A stretch of 63,865 nucleotides of DNA, filler included, from Perkinsus chesapeaki ATCC PRA-425 (Eukaryota > Protista > Perkinsozoa), in NCBI GenBank assembly GCA_013115145.1. It is 9 parts of 9 records of this genome, joined end to end, with 100 filler letters (N's around TTAATTAATTAA, not from the genome) between each part and the next. Parts side by side here need not be neighbours in the genome. Positions count along the whole stretch, not along the records: positions 27,977 to 45,876 come from JAAPAO010000676.1; positions 45,977 to 53,507 come from JAAPAO010001022.1; 7 more parts are not named here. The stretch is one strand, 5' to 3'. The notes under the pieces were generated by a model that saw only the letters and a list, made by a program, of their open reading frames with translations, was not told where the DNA came from and did no database searches. A program made the position numbers and the translations under genes. Below are positions 35,432 through 48,948 of this stretch, one piece after another. Positions within the stretch are counted from its first letter, which is position 1, and each line of letters begins with the position of its first letter.

Positions 35432-38400
35432 ATGGCTTCACCAAAGTCTTCTTCCCGGGCATCACATAAGCCCCACAACCCCCGAGCCCGCCGCGCCGCC
35501 CTGTACCGTGTCGGCCTTCTATGCATCCCTCCTATTATTATATCTCTTCTAGTGTATGGTACTACCAACTTTGCTTTGTTGCTGATAACTCTAGTGGCTG
35601 CGGCCGCGTCGGTTTTATTTGACATGGTCCGTCATAAGAGCAGATTGATACCGTTTCCTGTTTACCTCATTGCTGTATGGGCTCTGCAAATTCTTGTTAT
35701 TGTATTTCTATCCCGGCAAGGTTGGTCAAGCGAAATACTGGCAAATCCATTAGCAGGCCTGCCTGCTAACGAGGCCAAAGTGAATGCTGGTTTGAGGGGC
35801 CCTGGGGTGCCTCCGCCGGCCGACCAGGAATATGGAATTCTTATCGATACAACTTTGGATGAGAACGGCCAGCATCCACCGGTTGACTTCGCTAAGTTTC
35901 CGACCGATATTAAAACGATCTCTGTGGTGCTAGCCGCGCATAACGAACAAAAGTACTTGGAAAGGACCTGTGAGTCTATCTATGCTGAAACGCCGAGTGA
36001 TATATTGAAGGAAATCATTGTGGTGGATGACGCCTCGGAACCGCCGTTGAGGAGGTATCTTAAGAACTATCCCAATGTTAAAGTTATAAGGCATACTACT
36101 AGACAAGGGTTAATTAGGAGTAAAACTGATGGTGCTAATGCAGCTACAGGAGATATGGTAATATATAGGGGGACTGAGAGAACTAGGGAAGTAGTAATCG
36201 ACTAACGGAGAGGTAGTTTATACCGGAAAGATACCCTTTATATAATTGATACACGATTTCGCATAAATACCATCATTGTGGATATGGTATGGAATAATAT
36301 TGGTATAGTAGGTAATATTATGATTATCATTAGTGTAAGGAATTATTCTGTTACTTATATTTATTGACCAATGTCTGTCACTGTCGTAGAGCGCGGCTCT
36401 TCAGTGGGTTGCAGACGTATCTAAATTATTGACGTTAAATGCGAACTCTGATCTATTTATCACTTTCGCGCTGGACTGTTAGAGGCTCATGCCTCTTCCT
36501 TAATCAGGTGGTCTTTCTGGATGCTCACGTTAAGCCCGAGCCTAACTGGGCCCAACCGTTGATAAGGCACGCTAATATCAACTATAAAAGGGTTGTTGTA
36601 CCGGTTATACCGATTTTGAATGGGGAAACCTGGGAGGTAAGATGCTATAAAGGATATAAGCTGGAATTGGGGTATAATAGATACAAGATTCGAGCGCGGG
36701 GACAAAGATGATGTTCGATTGGGGGCTTGGATTTAATTGGTTTGAAGATGGCAATGATTTGGTAATAATGGGAGGTACGGTATACATTGTTATATAACAC
36801 AGAGGCGCGTTTTCAAGTGCTATGTACATTTTATAGAAGTGTAGAGGAGGGAGCGGTATGAAGCGGCTCTATTAGCTGAACAAAAAATGCTGAAAAATGA
36901 GGGCAGTTTGGGGAAGGTTGAAAATCTATTATTTTTACTAAAAATAAAACTTTTTACTAAATTCTACAATTCTTCATAATTCGGGAATTTAGTAGTGCAT
37001 TCTGGCGTTGTTCGGCAACATTGAAGTTTGAATGTATTATGGCAGTTGGGCTTGAGACCTGGGAGGTGCGAGAGGTGCGGCTTATCGTTCCTGCTCAAAC
37101 ACATTTTTGGGGGAGCTCGGAGGTTTATCGATGAAATACCGTTGCTCGGCTTGGTAGATTTGGCAGGATTCACTAAGTTGGATCAGAGTGAGGCTTTGCT
37201 TATCTATGATTTGACGGAAATATGGTATAATTAATATTGTTATAGGTACCAGTAATGTCCGGTGGTCTATTGGGTATTACTAAAAGATGGTGGTATGAGA
37301 GTGGAGAATATGATAATGGAATGTTAATGTGGGGGGCTGAAAATATTGTAATAATTAAGGATACTAGATGGGATACAAGTCAATACTAGCAATACTTATG
37401 TTATCATTTGATACAGATATATAGCATTAGAAGCGATACAGTTGTGCCACAAGGGACAGAAAGGCGAATCGAAAAAGTTGAAAAAAATCGACATGAAATT
37501 ATATATGAGGGGTTTTCTGGACAACAACTGTCCTTGGAAGGTTGTGAGGACATTCCACTGGGCTTGTAATTTGTCTTTGAGGTTTCTTAGAGTTTAACAA
37601 TTAAAGCCTATTAATTTATCGTATTGTATTGGGGCATTGTTCGTTCCTTTGAGTTTAATTCATTTCGGGATTGTGTAGATAATGGGTATACACATAATAC
37701 ATTGTTCATACAGTCCGACGCGATAAAATTGAATATTCCCTATTCCACTCGATAGCACTCAATATTAAGTGAGGAATCGAAAAAATAGGAAATATTCTTT
37801 TTCATTACGTCTGGCTGTACATGAAGTACAATATAGATGATATATAACTATTTGTAGTATAATGTCGTTGAGGGATGAATAAATTATAAAGTGATAGATG
37901 GGAGGAATGGATATGTAATAGCAGGAAAAATACGTACATGGGGATAGGGTCCCCTTTGTACTCAAATCATATGTTTTAAATAATGTATTATCTCCCTTTT
38001 GTCTAGGAGCAATCAATAAGGATATGGTTATGTGGTGGGGAGATATATGTTGCGAGGGATTCTAGAGTTGCACATGTAATAAGGGAGAGAAGATGGACAA
38101 TCTGATGGAAAAACCGAAAAATGGTAGTTTTGTTGATTATTACGGAGGGAGTGTAAAGCTACTTTATTAAGAATGAAATCGATTTCATTATTAGCAAGGG
38201 CTGGGTGAATGGTGGATCTTAATGGTGTTTCCACCGTATAGTAAGATATACATATAATAGCTAATATATGGTATATTACCTATTATTAATACGTATATCT
38301 TAGTGTACTGTAGGAACACCATTGAAATATCAATCAATTATATATTATATATGATTATTGGTATCTTTAGGTCAACTAAGGTTTTTTGTTCTGGACCGTC

Positions 38401-39960
38401 ATGGTGGCTCTCGTGCTATCTAGTGTGGTTTTTGGAAAGGCTTTCCTGTTTTTACGGTTTTTCTATCAGGTTTTCCGTCCTACCTTTCCCTATAAGATAG
38501 ATAATACTCAAGTATATTATAATAAGATAAGAACAGTTGAGGTTTGGTTTGATGATTATAAGGATTACTTCTATTCGGCCGACCCATATGCAAGTAGTAA
38601 AGGATATAAGAAGGTTGAGAAGTAATGTATATTATAGGTTATTATTTTATAAGCTGACGATATTAGTTTTAATATTTAATTTAAGTATATAGACTAGACC
38701 CTCAGTAGAGGGGTACAAATATCTTTTATATAGGAAAACCTATTTGACGTCGTTCAGCTAACTTGTATGCTCGATGCTCTGGCGGCAGTTTCCAGGCTAC
38801 ATCCAAGCCAGGCAGGCTCGGGCGCAGGAGAATGATAGTCTATAATGTAGTTTAACTTAGGGAGAATAAATTTAATCTAAAGGCTAGCATATTGTTGAAA
38901 CTCTATCACCATGTCATTTCATGAATTTTGATTATTGTAAATTCTTTGAAAATCGTATTCGGAAGAAGCCTCTTTAGGTTGTATGTCAAACACAGTGGAC
39001 TGCTCCTTCTATAGAGTCATTGTATTGGGTGTTTTCAGAGGGTTTGAGGGAAAAAGCAATGGCTGGTGGAATAGAGGATAGATTGAAGTTTAAGAAGGAT
39101 ATGCAATGCAAACCATTCCAATATTATGTGGACAAATTCCGGAAGGTAATAATCCAATATGGATGATAATACTGTATAATAGGCTCGAAAGGTTTCTATC
39201 TCAACATAGTGAGAGTGGTATATTAGATTTTCAAAACACTGTGTAGGAAATCTAAAGCCCACTTAATTACAATGCCGTTGAATTTTACTATTTCATTATT
39301 ATGAGGGATAAGGTGAAGATTGAGTCGAGGGAACGTTTTGTAGGTGGTGATATAAATGAATCCGCCGGAAATGTGCATGTATGATATAATCAATCAGGTG
39401 ATCGATTTTGTCTTTGATTCTAGGTTTTCGAAATGAAGGGCATGTTGGCATCTGATGCCTATCTTATTAAGGATGATAAGTCTGAGTTGTGTGTATCATC
39501 TGGTGGATATGATGGTACTAAATTGGTATTGAGGAAATGTAATGAAAAGGATGAGTAATAAAAGGGGAAAGGGGGGGAAGGGGGGATATAATAAATGAAG
39601 TCGAGTTGGGATAAATTTTAACAAATGTAGTTGTCGATATGAATGTATATATTAGTAACATATTATAGCTCAATGTATGTATATGATAAACAGATAGTAA
39701 GTAGCAATAAGTAGTTTAAGGTATAAGTAAATGTAAAAATGACAAGATAATTGAGTAATAGTGGTATAAGTTTTAAGTGTATTTGCATAGATAAAGTCTC
39801 ATGTGCTTGAATGTATTAATTCCTGTTTGAAGTGTTTTTGTTATTTCAGGAAGCAGCGATGGAATGATAACCCAGGGAAGGCTATTAGGAACCATGCCTC
39901 AGAGTCGTGTATGGATGCTAATGCTGGTGTGGCTGATAAACAGGGAATGACGTTAATAAC
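35432..39960 (+). CDS. GALNT: Polypeptide N-acetylgalactosaminyltransferase (GT27) with ricin-type lectin tail; further exons possibly to about 40650
   Basis: N-terminal TM segments; ISVVLAAHNE, EIIVVDDAS, GLIRSK, FLDAH, MSGGLLGI, GEYD..M.MWGAENI, VFRPTFPY, EVWFDDYK, CKPFQYY spread over exons. Confidence 0.9.
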
Positions 39961-41700
39961 GTAATAATAGAAGGGGGGGAAGTTACTACTGTTGAATAGT
40001 ATTTATATAAATATGACTCCAAGATGGCGGTATACACGTATCAGCTTATACCGATCATTCCCTCAACATTACGTGTTTTATCATTTAGCAGTTTATTAAC
40101 TAGGATATATAAATGGCAGTAGTTGTAATAAACCAGTGATGTGCTTCTCGCTTGACTTTTTGTGGAACGCCGGAAAATTTCGCGCAGTAGAATTAGGGTA
40201 ATTATCCGGTATTGGCCGGGATGAGTCAGGCCTTGCGTGAAGGGTTGTGCCCTTTGGTTGGTTGTGTGACACCCTTTATCTGGCTTGTACGTTTTCTTCT
40301 GTTGATTATCACGTACAGCGCAATTTCTTGAAATGGTTGGTAGGTACTTCTGTATGATGAACAATGCTAACCAAAACTTCCAGGTTGTAAATGGGATGGT
40401 GAGTATCTTTATCGCACTGTGAAGATTTTAGTGGTATTTCTCAGATACAATGGCAAGGATGGTGTGCAGAGGCGGAGCCTGTTGAGGGGGCGGAATTGAA
40501 GTTTACTGAGTGTTCGACGGGATTTTTGAGAAGTAAGATATTTTTGAGGTTGGATGGTGCGTGTTGGGTGTGGAGACATGAGTTCTTGAAAATAGAACCT
40601 GTTATTGGAAGTGCGGGACTGGTATCTTGGAAGGGTTCTTAAGGAGAGCTTTTCCGCATAGAGTTGAGATATAACGTACTATCTTATAAATGTTATAGAG
40701 CACGGGCTGGCCAACTGCCAACACAACAGAAGGGGACAAAGCGAAAGATTAGTTCCTCGAAAAGCCTATGTATACGTACCGATCCAATGATCGATAGCTA
40801 TAACAGAAGCTACATATCACTCATCAGTATGCCAATCAAAGGGACACCACGACTACTTTGTGGCAATGAGAATCTTTCGCTGTCGATTTCCCTTGTCGAA
40901 TTGGTTACCGAGGGAACATTTCCGCAGTTGAAATTCATTTGATGCTCCTTCTGGTTTGGACGCATTAGGGAGAGTCATTGATCTTGGAGAAAAGCATTTC
41001 TGTGAGGCAGGAAGGCTCCCTGTCAACGCAACCATGTTGTGGGGCTGTCGTTAATGTGTCGTTGAATATCTTTATAAAAATAATTTGTATAATTTTGTGG
41101 CGTATCTTTCAGGTCGAAAAAATAACTTTGTTATAACAGACAAGAAGAAAATGGAGGCGAAGAAGGGCGATAAATGAGGGCGTTTCTTGCGCGCCACGAA
41201 ATTCAGATGTGACTCCTGGGGGTCTTATAACTATTCACCACCACTACGGTACTTTGAAAAATTTAAAGCCGACGGAGCGATGCGTTATATTGTCAATTTT
41301 CGTGGGGACGCGGCTCCGGTTTTATCATCTTTGCAGTTTTTAATTTGTCATGAGCAATTCGCAGATGTCTCAAAGAGATAATGAAGGTAATAAGGGAAGG
41401 ACTTGGGAATGTGTTGTATAATGAAGGAAACGATTTTAGTGAGTTCTTCAGCTAAGTCTGACTTTCCGGTATTAATTTGGATATTTATATAATATATATT
41501 AATTAATGTTATTACAGTATATAATATGGTATTGATACTTCAGTATATTTCGTATAATATTGATACTGTATGGCTGATGGCGAGTAGTATTAATTATACA
41601 TGAACATTAAAAAACTCAAATGATCAGGAATTGGAAAAATCTTTGACGGTTTAAATATATTGATATTAATCAAAATGACAAGAATTATCAACAAAAATAG

Positions 41701-44700
41701 TTGTTCATGCCTGTTGTTCTTTACTTGCTTTTCTCGGGGCCTTCGGGTCGAGGGAGTCCTCTCAAGATTTCCCTTCCAATGAGCAAGACCCTGCCAAGAG
41801 GTATCAAGCACCGTACGAATTGCCTGATTATTTGTCGTATTAAAAATCAAAAGAGGGGATTTCAGGTTCATCGGAGGGGAACAGGTCGCTGGGAGGGCAG
41901 CTTGGAGCGTTCCAATCACATTTGATTAAGAATCCCGACGTAGGGTGAGTTGGGCTATGATGTGGGGAAGGAGTGGTATAGGTGATGGAACAGATGTTAA
42001 ATACACCGGTAATGCAGACGGTATTGCAAAATGGAGATATGTTGACAAGTTTGGTAGTAGGGGAAGGGATACGCACTATGAAGAATATCTTTGTAATCGC
42101 ACTGTGAAGAATATCTCTACTTTTGCACTATGAAGAATATCTTTACTTTCGCACTATGAAGAATATCTTTACTCCCGCACTATGAAGAATATCTTTACTT
42201 TCGCACTAAGAAGAATATCTTTACTTTCGCACTATGAAGAATATCTTTACTTTCGCACTATGAAGAATATCTTTACTTTCGCACTATGAAGAATATTTTT
42301 GGCGTAACTCTCCAAACTTCCTTTTTCAGATCTCAATGAATGGCCAAATCCGGAAGTTAATGGAAGAAAACCCAGAGCTTGAGAGGATGCTCAATGTACT
42401 ACCAACCTCCCGCGAATCTTCCTAGCTTCAACCTAAGATATTCTCAGGACCCCTCAGTATTGAAGGCATCCTCGGAGGCCTTTCAGAATCCAGCGGTTGT
42501 TCGCGAACTTATTAGTAGCACCGAGACCGCCATGGCGAATATTGATGGGACCGTGCCGGGGGGATATAAATCATTGAAGGAAGTTTATAAGTTATGTTCG
42601 GAGCAAACCGGGGACGAAGGTCGAGGTGAAGGATTGATAAAGTGATGATAGAAGTGTTATTTAGGGGTCGAAGGGTGTATGGCAGCACCGCAGTTAGTGG
42701 AGAGGAGGTAGGGTGGGGGGATGGGAGATTAGTGGGGACGGGGGACGGGGGACTTGGATTTTACGGAGTGAGTCGGAGTGTCGATCTGGAAATATATTAC
42801 TTTATATATGTATATCTTGAATATGTGATAATATTATCATTTATGGTATTATAATATCTTAAACATATTATTAAGATTACTAGTAGGCATTCAGAGTTGG
42901 TTCAACTTCTTCTTCTTCTTAATAATAATAATAGTCTTATACAGTACCTTTATAATGTCCTTCCATATTACTATCTTATGTGTTGAAGACTGAGAGTGTT
43001 GGTAGACTCCAACGGGAGTAACTATCAGCATTTTTCGGGTTTTGAGTATTCGATTGGACATTTGCACTCTTTCGTGAAAATGTTATGTTCGTAATCGAGC
43101 TGTTTGATTCGGGGTTTCGGGAAGGAGACGACGAACAGAAAAATTATGTAATTATTGAAGGCATTCGGATTTTCAATTAAAACTTTGTGCTTTGTTAAAA
43201 CGAAGTTTATCTTCGGCGAATGGGGTTCATCGCGGGAGATAGGCATTGTTATGATAGGGTTTAATTGTGTTTTAGGGAAGCAGGAGATGATACGGAGGAG
43301 CTGGGTGAATTATCTAAGGCACCGGAATGGGTGGACGAATTTGATCCTTCGGCAATGGCAGCGATGATGCAGGTAAGGAGCGGTATGAAATGAATGCGTG
43401 GATTAATTCAATTAAGTAGAGTGAATGACATCATAATTAATTTAATTAAGTGAATAAAGCAAAGTAAGTGACATCATAATTCAGTCAATGATGATGCCCT
43501 TCACTTGGCGCGATTTTCAAAAGTCTGTTGTCAGCATTATCGTGCAGAAATGCATCGAAGTGAGTTTAAGATACATATCACGATTTAGGGCAACTAAAGG
43601 GGATGTAACGTTATTTAATAAGAATAATGATATTATAATATTTAACTCCAACAATGCATTATTAATGATTACTCATAACATTTCTGAGCACTCATTACTA
43701 CTATTACTATTACCAATGATTCCTCCGTACAATTCTGAGCACTCATTACTACTATTACTATTACCAATGATTCCTCCGTACAATTCTGAGCAATCATTAC
43801 TACTATTACTATTACCAATGATTCCTCCGTACAATTCTGAGCACTCATTACTACTATTACTATTACCAATGATTCCTCCGTACAATTCTGAGCACTCATT
43901 ACTACAATTACTTTTATGCGCCAACTAAAGCATCATTAGGTTTATTAAAGGGTTTAAGTAGTGATTTAGGATCCTAATATGCATCAATTGATGGCGTCAC
44001 TGTTCCGTAGTGCGGAGAATGCTCATAAGGTTGGGGCACGGACGAATGAAGAGAGTAGGATGTGTTGTGTTAGGCTGCTCTCTTGACTGTATCCCAGGTT
44101 CGAGTTGTCCGTCTTTGAAGCCATTCTGTGAGGCAAGTCTATTGCAGCAAATGTTCGACCCGAAGACGTTAGAAGTAATCTAAAAGTCAAACGTGGCGTA
44201 TCACGTGAAGAAGAAAGGGTGTCAGTATTCCCAGTGAGAAATAATTAGTATGTCGGAGGGACGTCACGATAATATAATTATCAATGATGTGAAAGGCGGA
44301 TGTGGTGAAACGAGAGAAAGATTGGCGTTAGTCTGCCGTGCAAAATAACAGAGATACAGTTGAGTTTGGCACTGTCACCACGATCCGGTGATGCTGTTGT
44401 AAGGATGATTAATCATCTCATGTTAGAGTATGTCAAAGCTTGAAGGCAGTATGAGCTTATTGGACTCGAATAGCATACCTGAAATAGGTAGCTTTGTTTA
44501 GTTAAAAATGGTGATGATAATTGCCAGGCGAAGTGACGAAAAGTGGCGGCAAAGTCGGCCCCAAGATAAGCGGCTTGTCGCTGTCATCTCCGGCGGCTAA
44601 CTTCGAGCAAGTAATAAGATACGAGGTTTTTTCGTTATGCATTAATTTGACTTAGTCGTTTTCGAGTTTTATCGATGCCCAGAACGAGAATCCAGAAGTG

Positions 44701-44889
44701 CTGTATAGGACCCAATTGAATGCATTGAAGAGCTCTGGATTCGAGGATGTTGAGAGGAATATAGCTGCATTAAAGAGAAGTAACGATTCTTTGGCCCGGG
44801 GGATTCTTGGACGATTGAGAACAGTAAAGACACGTCCAGTCTGTTGTAGTACTAGTATTGTTATTATTATTAATTCAGGTATTAGTTAG
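41701..44889 (+). CDS. Ubiquilin/DSK2-like protein, multi-exon (ends approximate)
   Basis: STI1 exons RKLMEENPELERMLN|DPSVLKASSEAFQNPAVVRELISSTETAMANIDGTVPGGYKSLKEVY (about 42330-42600); UBA NPEVLYRTQLNALKSSGFEDVERNIAAL (about 44685-44780); weak UBL-like segment 41701-41860. Confidence 0.8.
42073..42300. repeat. 26-bp minisatellite, about 9 copies, intronic
   Basis: GCACTATGAAGAATATCTTTACTTTC recurs with period 26 (42073, 42099 ... 42281). Confidence 0.95.
43680..43912. repeat. 51-bp minisatellite, about 4.5 copies, probably intronic
   Basis: ATTCTGAGCACTCATTACTACTATTACTATTACCAATGATTCCTCCGTACA tandem units. Confidence 0.95.
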
Positions 44890-45976
44890 TAACTTATAGC
44901 TGAATTATTAATAACTAATAGTTATGTTGTGATTCATTAGACTATTATACAATTTCTATATTGTCTCTTATTTATTATGTTATTATTTATTTTCGGACTG
45001 CTAGGAGAAGTGCTTGGAAATGATAAGTCATTGAAGTTTGGTACTCGACTTGTCTTTCATAAGATAACAAGTCATTTAACTTTTCATTGTTATTATAAGT
45101 TTGTCAGGTAACGGTAATGTTAATCGGGCTATTGATCTGTTAATTGCTCATGTCAATGATCCACATCTGGGTGAAGATTATGACACTGGTGATTGTTAGT
45201 AAAACTAGTAGGGTTGAGTTATAGTGGATAGTATGGTGATAGCAAACTTCTGTAGTTGTTGATTTGATAATTGTTATTCATTATTATGAGTCGATTCGAA
45301 TGTCTACTTGGCTACCATCCTCACTCTCCTATTTCTCCATAGTACGTATATATTTGTTAAACAATACCACTACGGGCGAGACTTTTCATTTTCAATATTA
45401 ACCTTTCCTGTCGTAGAGGGTCCAGGCGAAGGTGTTTGTGTGTTCTTGGTGGTAAAGTCTCGTCGGTCTCATATGTGTAATTGGGTGTTCATATTCTTTA
45501 TATCGAATATTGTGTTAATAATTAGATTGCACATTCATACGGTTGGCTACTGGATTTCATAGCATAATAAATACATTTTTCGGATATCTTCGATGAGTCT
45601 TTCATCGAAGCTATAAATATCAACACTGATGATTCAACAGAAGGCCACTCAAACGCAAAAGGGAGTCACAACAGATAGACAGAGTACATTACGTACCTAC
45701 AGCAGCTCCCAGCTCGCTGCTAGTATACAACATTAGAGAGGGGTGTGGGGGGGGGGGGGGGGGTGGGGGGGTTTTTTTTTGGGTTTGACAGAAGGCGATA
45801 TCGTTTTTTGTGGAAATTTTTGGTTGTCCCAGCCCGGTGTTGTAAGGTTTAATTTTGGTCAAATTCGTACCTGTATNNNNNNNNNNNNNNNNNNNNNNNN
45901 NNNNNNNNNNNNNNNNNNNNTTAATTAATTAANNNNNNNNNNNNNNNNNNNNNNNNNNNNNNNNNNNNNNNNNNNN

Positions 45977-46047
45977 TCCACGGCCGAGAATTGAACTCGG
46001 GTCTCCTGCGTGACAGGCAGGAATACTAACCTCTATACTACCGCGGA
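45977..46047 (-). tRNA. tRNA-Asp(GTC)
   Basis: TCCGCGG-TAGTATAGAGGTTAGTATT-CCTGC-CTGTCAC-GCAGG-AGAC-CCGAG-TTCAATT-CTCGG-CCGTGGA; full cloverleaf, ends at the contig edge. Confidence 0.92.
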
Positions 46048-46066
46048 ACTGACCAGATTATGCCTT

Positions 46067-47873
46067 CTATGTAGGAAGTCTTCCGGAAGTCCACGTTGTC
46101 GCAGGTGTCGCTTGCACATCATCGGCAACAAGCTCTGATTCCTCGTCTGGGGGGGGTGATCTTGGAGGTAGTCCTTGCAACGGACGTAGAGAAACCATAG
46201 CAGCATAGAACAAACAGTTCCCGTCACCTTTGACGTTTGCTATATTGAACTTGCTCTCCGGGTCTGGCCAAGTGTAGGCAACAGACTCGTCGGTTCTCAC
46301 CCAGTAGGAAGGGATGTAGTCAGTAGTACTCGCGGGCATATTACTGTAGTATACGTATGGGACTCCCATAATGGGAGGTTGTAATATTTTGCCGCTAAGT
46401 CCTAGTGGTACATCCTTGAATACCCGACTTTTGTCCGCGGTTCCTGTGTACAACACTACATGGGTGACCAATTCTCACCGAATCTAGACAAGATGTCTTT
46501 CATCGCTGAAGCGTAGGTGTTGAAGGTTCCAGGGGCTTCCGCGCCTGCGGGGAGGTACCCTTTCTTCACAGAGTAAGATAGCATTCCCGTCTTGTCCTTG
46601 ATACGGTTGAATGGACGCTTCCAAGCAACCTCTCTGTACAAGCGTCGTACTATCTCATCTCTGAAGAGCACTCCACCGTAACTGGTGTCCTCGCCAGACG
46701 CCTCTGAAGCGGTCGCCTGGCTTTCAGGAGTGTTCACGCTATTTGCCGACCCAGCTACCCAGCTCATGCCCCAAATCCCCTGACTCTAGATGTCGCTTGT
46801 AGAGTCTGGAGAAGTGCAAGTATGCGTCTCGACCCTTGTCGAACAACTGCTGCGCTATGGAATTTGTCTCGCCGAACAAATTTATCAGGTAAGCAGAATA
46901 GTGCTGGAGGTTTTCTGGCAGCGGGGAGTTGTTGTCACCCACCGCCAGATTAAGCTTTTCTGCTACCGTCAAAAAATAATCGACGAGACTAAGGTAATCC
47001 TTGTAGTCTACAGTAGTGTGCGACACATCTGGGTAGGAGTCGAGACTAATCTTGTTACGGTCGAGGACCCATTGTAGGGCTTGGGTGACCGAAGGGGAAG
47101 AGCGTTGAACGACGTGGAAACGCAACTCTATCCGATAGCCACCAACGTCCTGAGGGTGCAGGCGCGTAAGACGGGCATAGAGGCCACGTAGGTTGTCAAG
47201 CAAAGAGCGAAACGTTGCACGCGAGGTCGCTATACTGAATTGCGCCCGGCCTAAGGCCTTAATTGCGCGACGTAACCTTAAGTAAAAGGTATGCTCAATG
47301 CCGACTACTGGCCAATCGGCATTGTGATCCGTGTACGTTGTTACGAACTGTACCGTACCAGTTTCCAACCCACCTAACTTATCTAATACACGAAATTGTT
47401 TTTTGCTACGCGCAGCGTGACGGAACAACCAAATTTGACCGGCAGGCACTGTCAAGCCTAGGTCATAGATGGTGCCGCCATTGCGAAGAGTATCGCTGTG
47501 CGCGTAAGCAGAATGACGAGTTGCTATGCTGGGACGAAGCTTCAGCTTCATCCCATACATAGCTATATACAAGATATACATATATAGGCAGAGAAAAGTA
47601 ACCGCAGGCGTGGAGTGCATTGTAGAGGACTCTGGTTTCGCAATTGAATATACCAGAGATAACCGAGTTCTCGTTCGGATTAGGAAAGATCATGAGACCA
47701 GTGAATCTTAGATAATCGCAGAACGCAGTCTTCGGAAATGTATCCTCTACATACAAACCACACGGGGCGGAAGCCAAGCCGATGAGGGTCGCCGGTAGGT
47801 CTCGGAACCGGAACCGGTATTCGGTAGTCAAGGTCATATCTAGAGTAGGCGTCATTATCAGTTGAGGATTCAA
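46067..47873 (-). pseudogene. Frameshifted ORF, arm A: unknown GGYRIE domain + N-terminal half of an OTU-like cysteine protease
   Basis: ORFs 46739-47620, 46456-46767 and 46067-46471 are collinear homologues of 51317-52712; KGDGNCLFYA is an OTU Cys motif; TGGTCACC junction near 46470 is a 1-nt frameshift relative to arm B. Confidence 0.75.
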
Positions 47874-47893
47874 TCAACCCATATCAACCTTTA

Positions 47894-48200
47894 CCCCACC
47901 TACTCTGAATAATTAAATTTTCTATACCCTAGTACTCCCCACCTACTCTAAATTATTAAATTTCTATACCCTACTACCCAATACCCACTCTGAATAATTA
48001 AATTTCTATACCCTACTACCCCCCCACCTACCCTAAATAATTAGATTTCTAAACCATACTACCCCCCAACTACTCTAAATAATTAAATCTCTAAACCCTA
48101 CTAGTACCCATTTACTCTAAATAATCAAATTTCTGTACTCTATTACCCCGCAACTACTCAGAATAATTGGATTTTATACCCTACTACCCTCCCCCAACTA
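47894..48200. repeat. Degenerate ~41-bp tandem repeat, about 7 copies
   Basis: Consensus near CCCCACCTACTCTAAATAATTAAATTTCTATACCCTACTA. Confidence 0.85.
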
Positions 48201-48699
48201 ATGCTAAGAAATACCCTTGTGGGTACTACTACCCCCCTACAAATTGAATAAATGAATTGAAACCCAAATGAATTGAACAAATTTCATCTACACTACAATT
48301 GTGTTAGTCCCCGGGTCCCAACCAATCCAACCAATATAGTAATACATTGCATTAACAATGCTTTTAAGTGCGTGTTGTGACGTGTCTGGCTTTGTTTTCA
48401 CGTGTTCCACTTTGCCACACACTTCGCACGTATACCTTAGTTGATTGTACGGGATGTTATCCATTTAAAAGTAATAAAGTAATAAGTCAAGAATATGAAA
48501 TACCTGGGTAACTGTAAAGGTCTCCCTTTGTACTAGGTCGTATCGGACCTCCTCGCAGACTCTGTAAGCAAATACCTGGTTTGACATGAGTGAAAGATGA
48601 AATAACTTGTGTATGCGTGTCTATTTCATTTTTCGCGGTCGCCTTTCAATCTACAATAATATGCACTCAAAATAATATAAAACGATAACGATAATTTTT

Positions 48700-48948
48700 T
48701 TACTTTAGATTGGGATCATTTAATATATCCAACCATTTTCCTTTTCCGTGCCGTTTTACTCCAGTCACCAGGGAATTGATTTCGTAGATCACCCATTCAC
48801 ACTGATCTTGGGAGTTGTAGACATCGATATATTCTGTTGATGGCTCCTTGGGGGATGGTGGAGTAGGTTTACTACCGCCAATAGTAGCTGCACGTGGTCT
48901 GTTTTCAGACCAAAAATAATGCGCGGGTGAACTCAGATCACAGATCAC
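48700..48948 (-). CDS. Telobox-like single Myb domain fragment (helices 1-2)
   Basis: EWVIYEINSLVTGVKRHGKGKWLDILNDP resembles the TRB/TRF-type pattern W-x2-EE-x2-L-x2-GV-x-KHG-x-GKW-x2-IL-x-DP; third helix not found in frame. Confidence 0.6.
   Translation of the reverse strand: MICDLSSPAHYFWSENRPRAATIGGSKPTPPSPKEPSTEYIDVYNSQDQCEWVIYEINSLVTGVKRHGKGKWLDILNDPNLK

Noticed and set aside
42073-42300. Regularly spaced 26-bp repeats resembling a CRISPR array
   Set aside because: Units are contiguous with no unique spacers, there are no cas genes, and the context is a eukaryotic intron.
45743-45790. Long G-run as a G-quadruplex or regulatory element
   Set aside because: It lies at a contig end with adjacent homopolymers, typical of low-quality read tails.
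47100-47420. RVLDK...YRIELR as a Rep_trans rolling-circle initiator motif
   Set aside because: The catalytic Tyr of RIYxK is Leu in both arms and the spacing is much longer; not supportable without a profile search.
48620-48650. TGA where Trp might be expected after the Myb fragment (K*NR), suggesting UGA recoding
   Set aside because: TGA ends the intact DEAH helicase ORF and the alignment here is poor; decay or mis-splicing is simpler.
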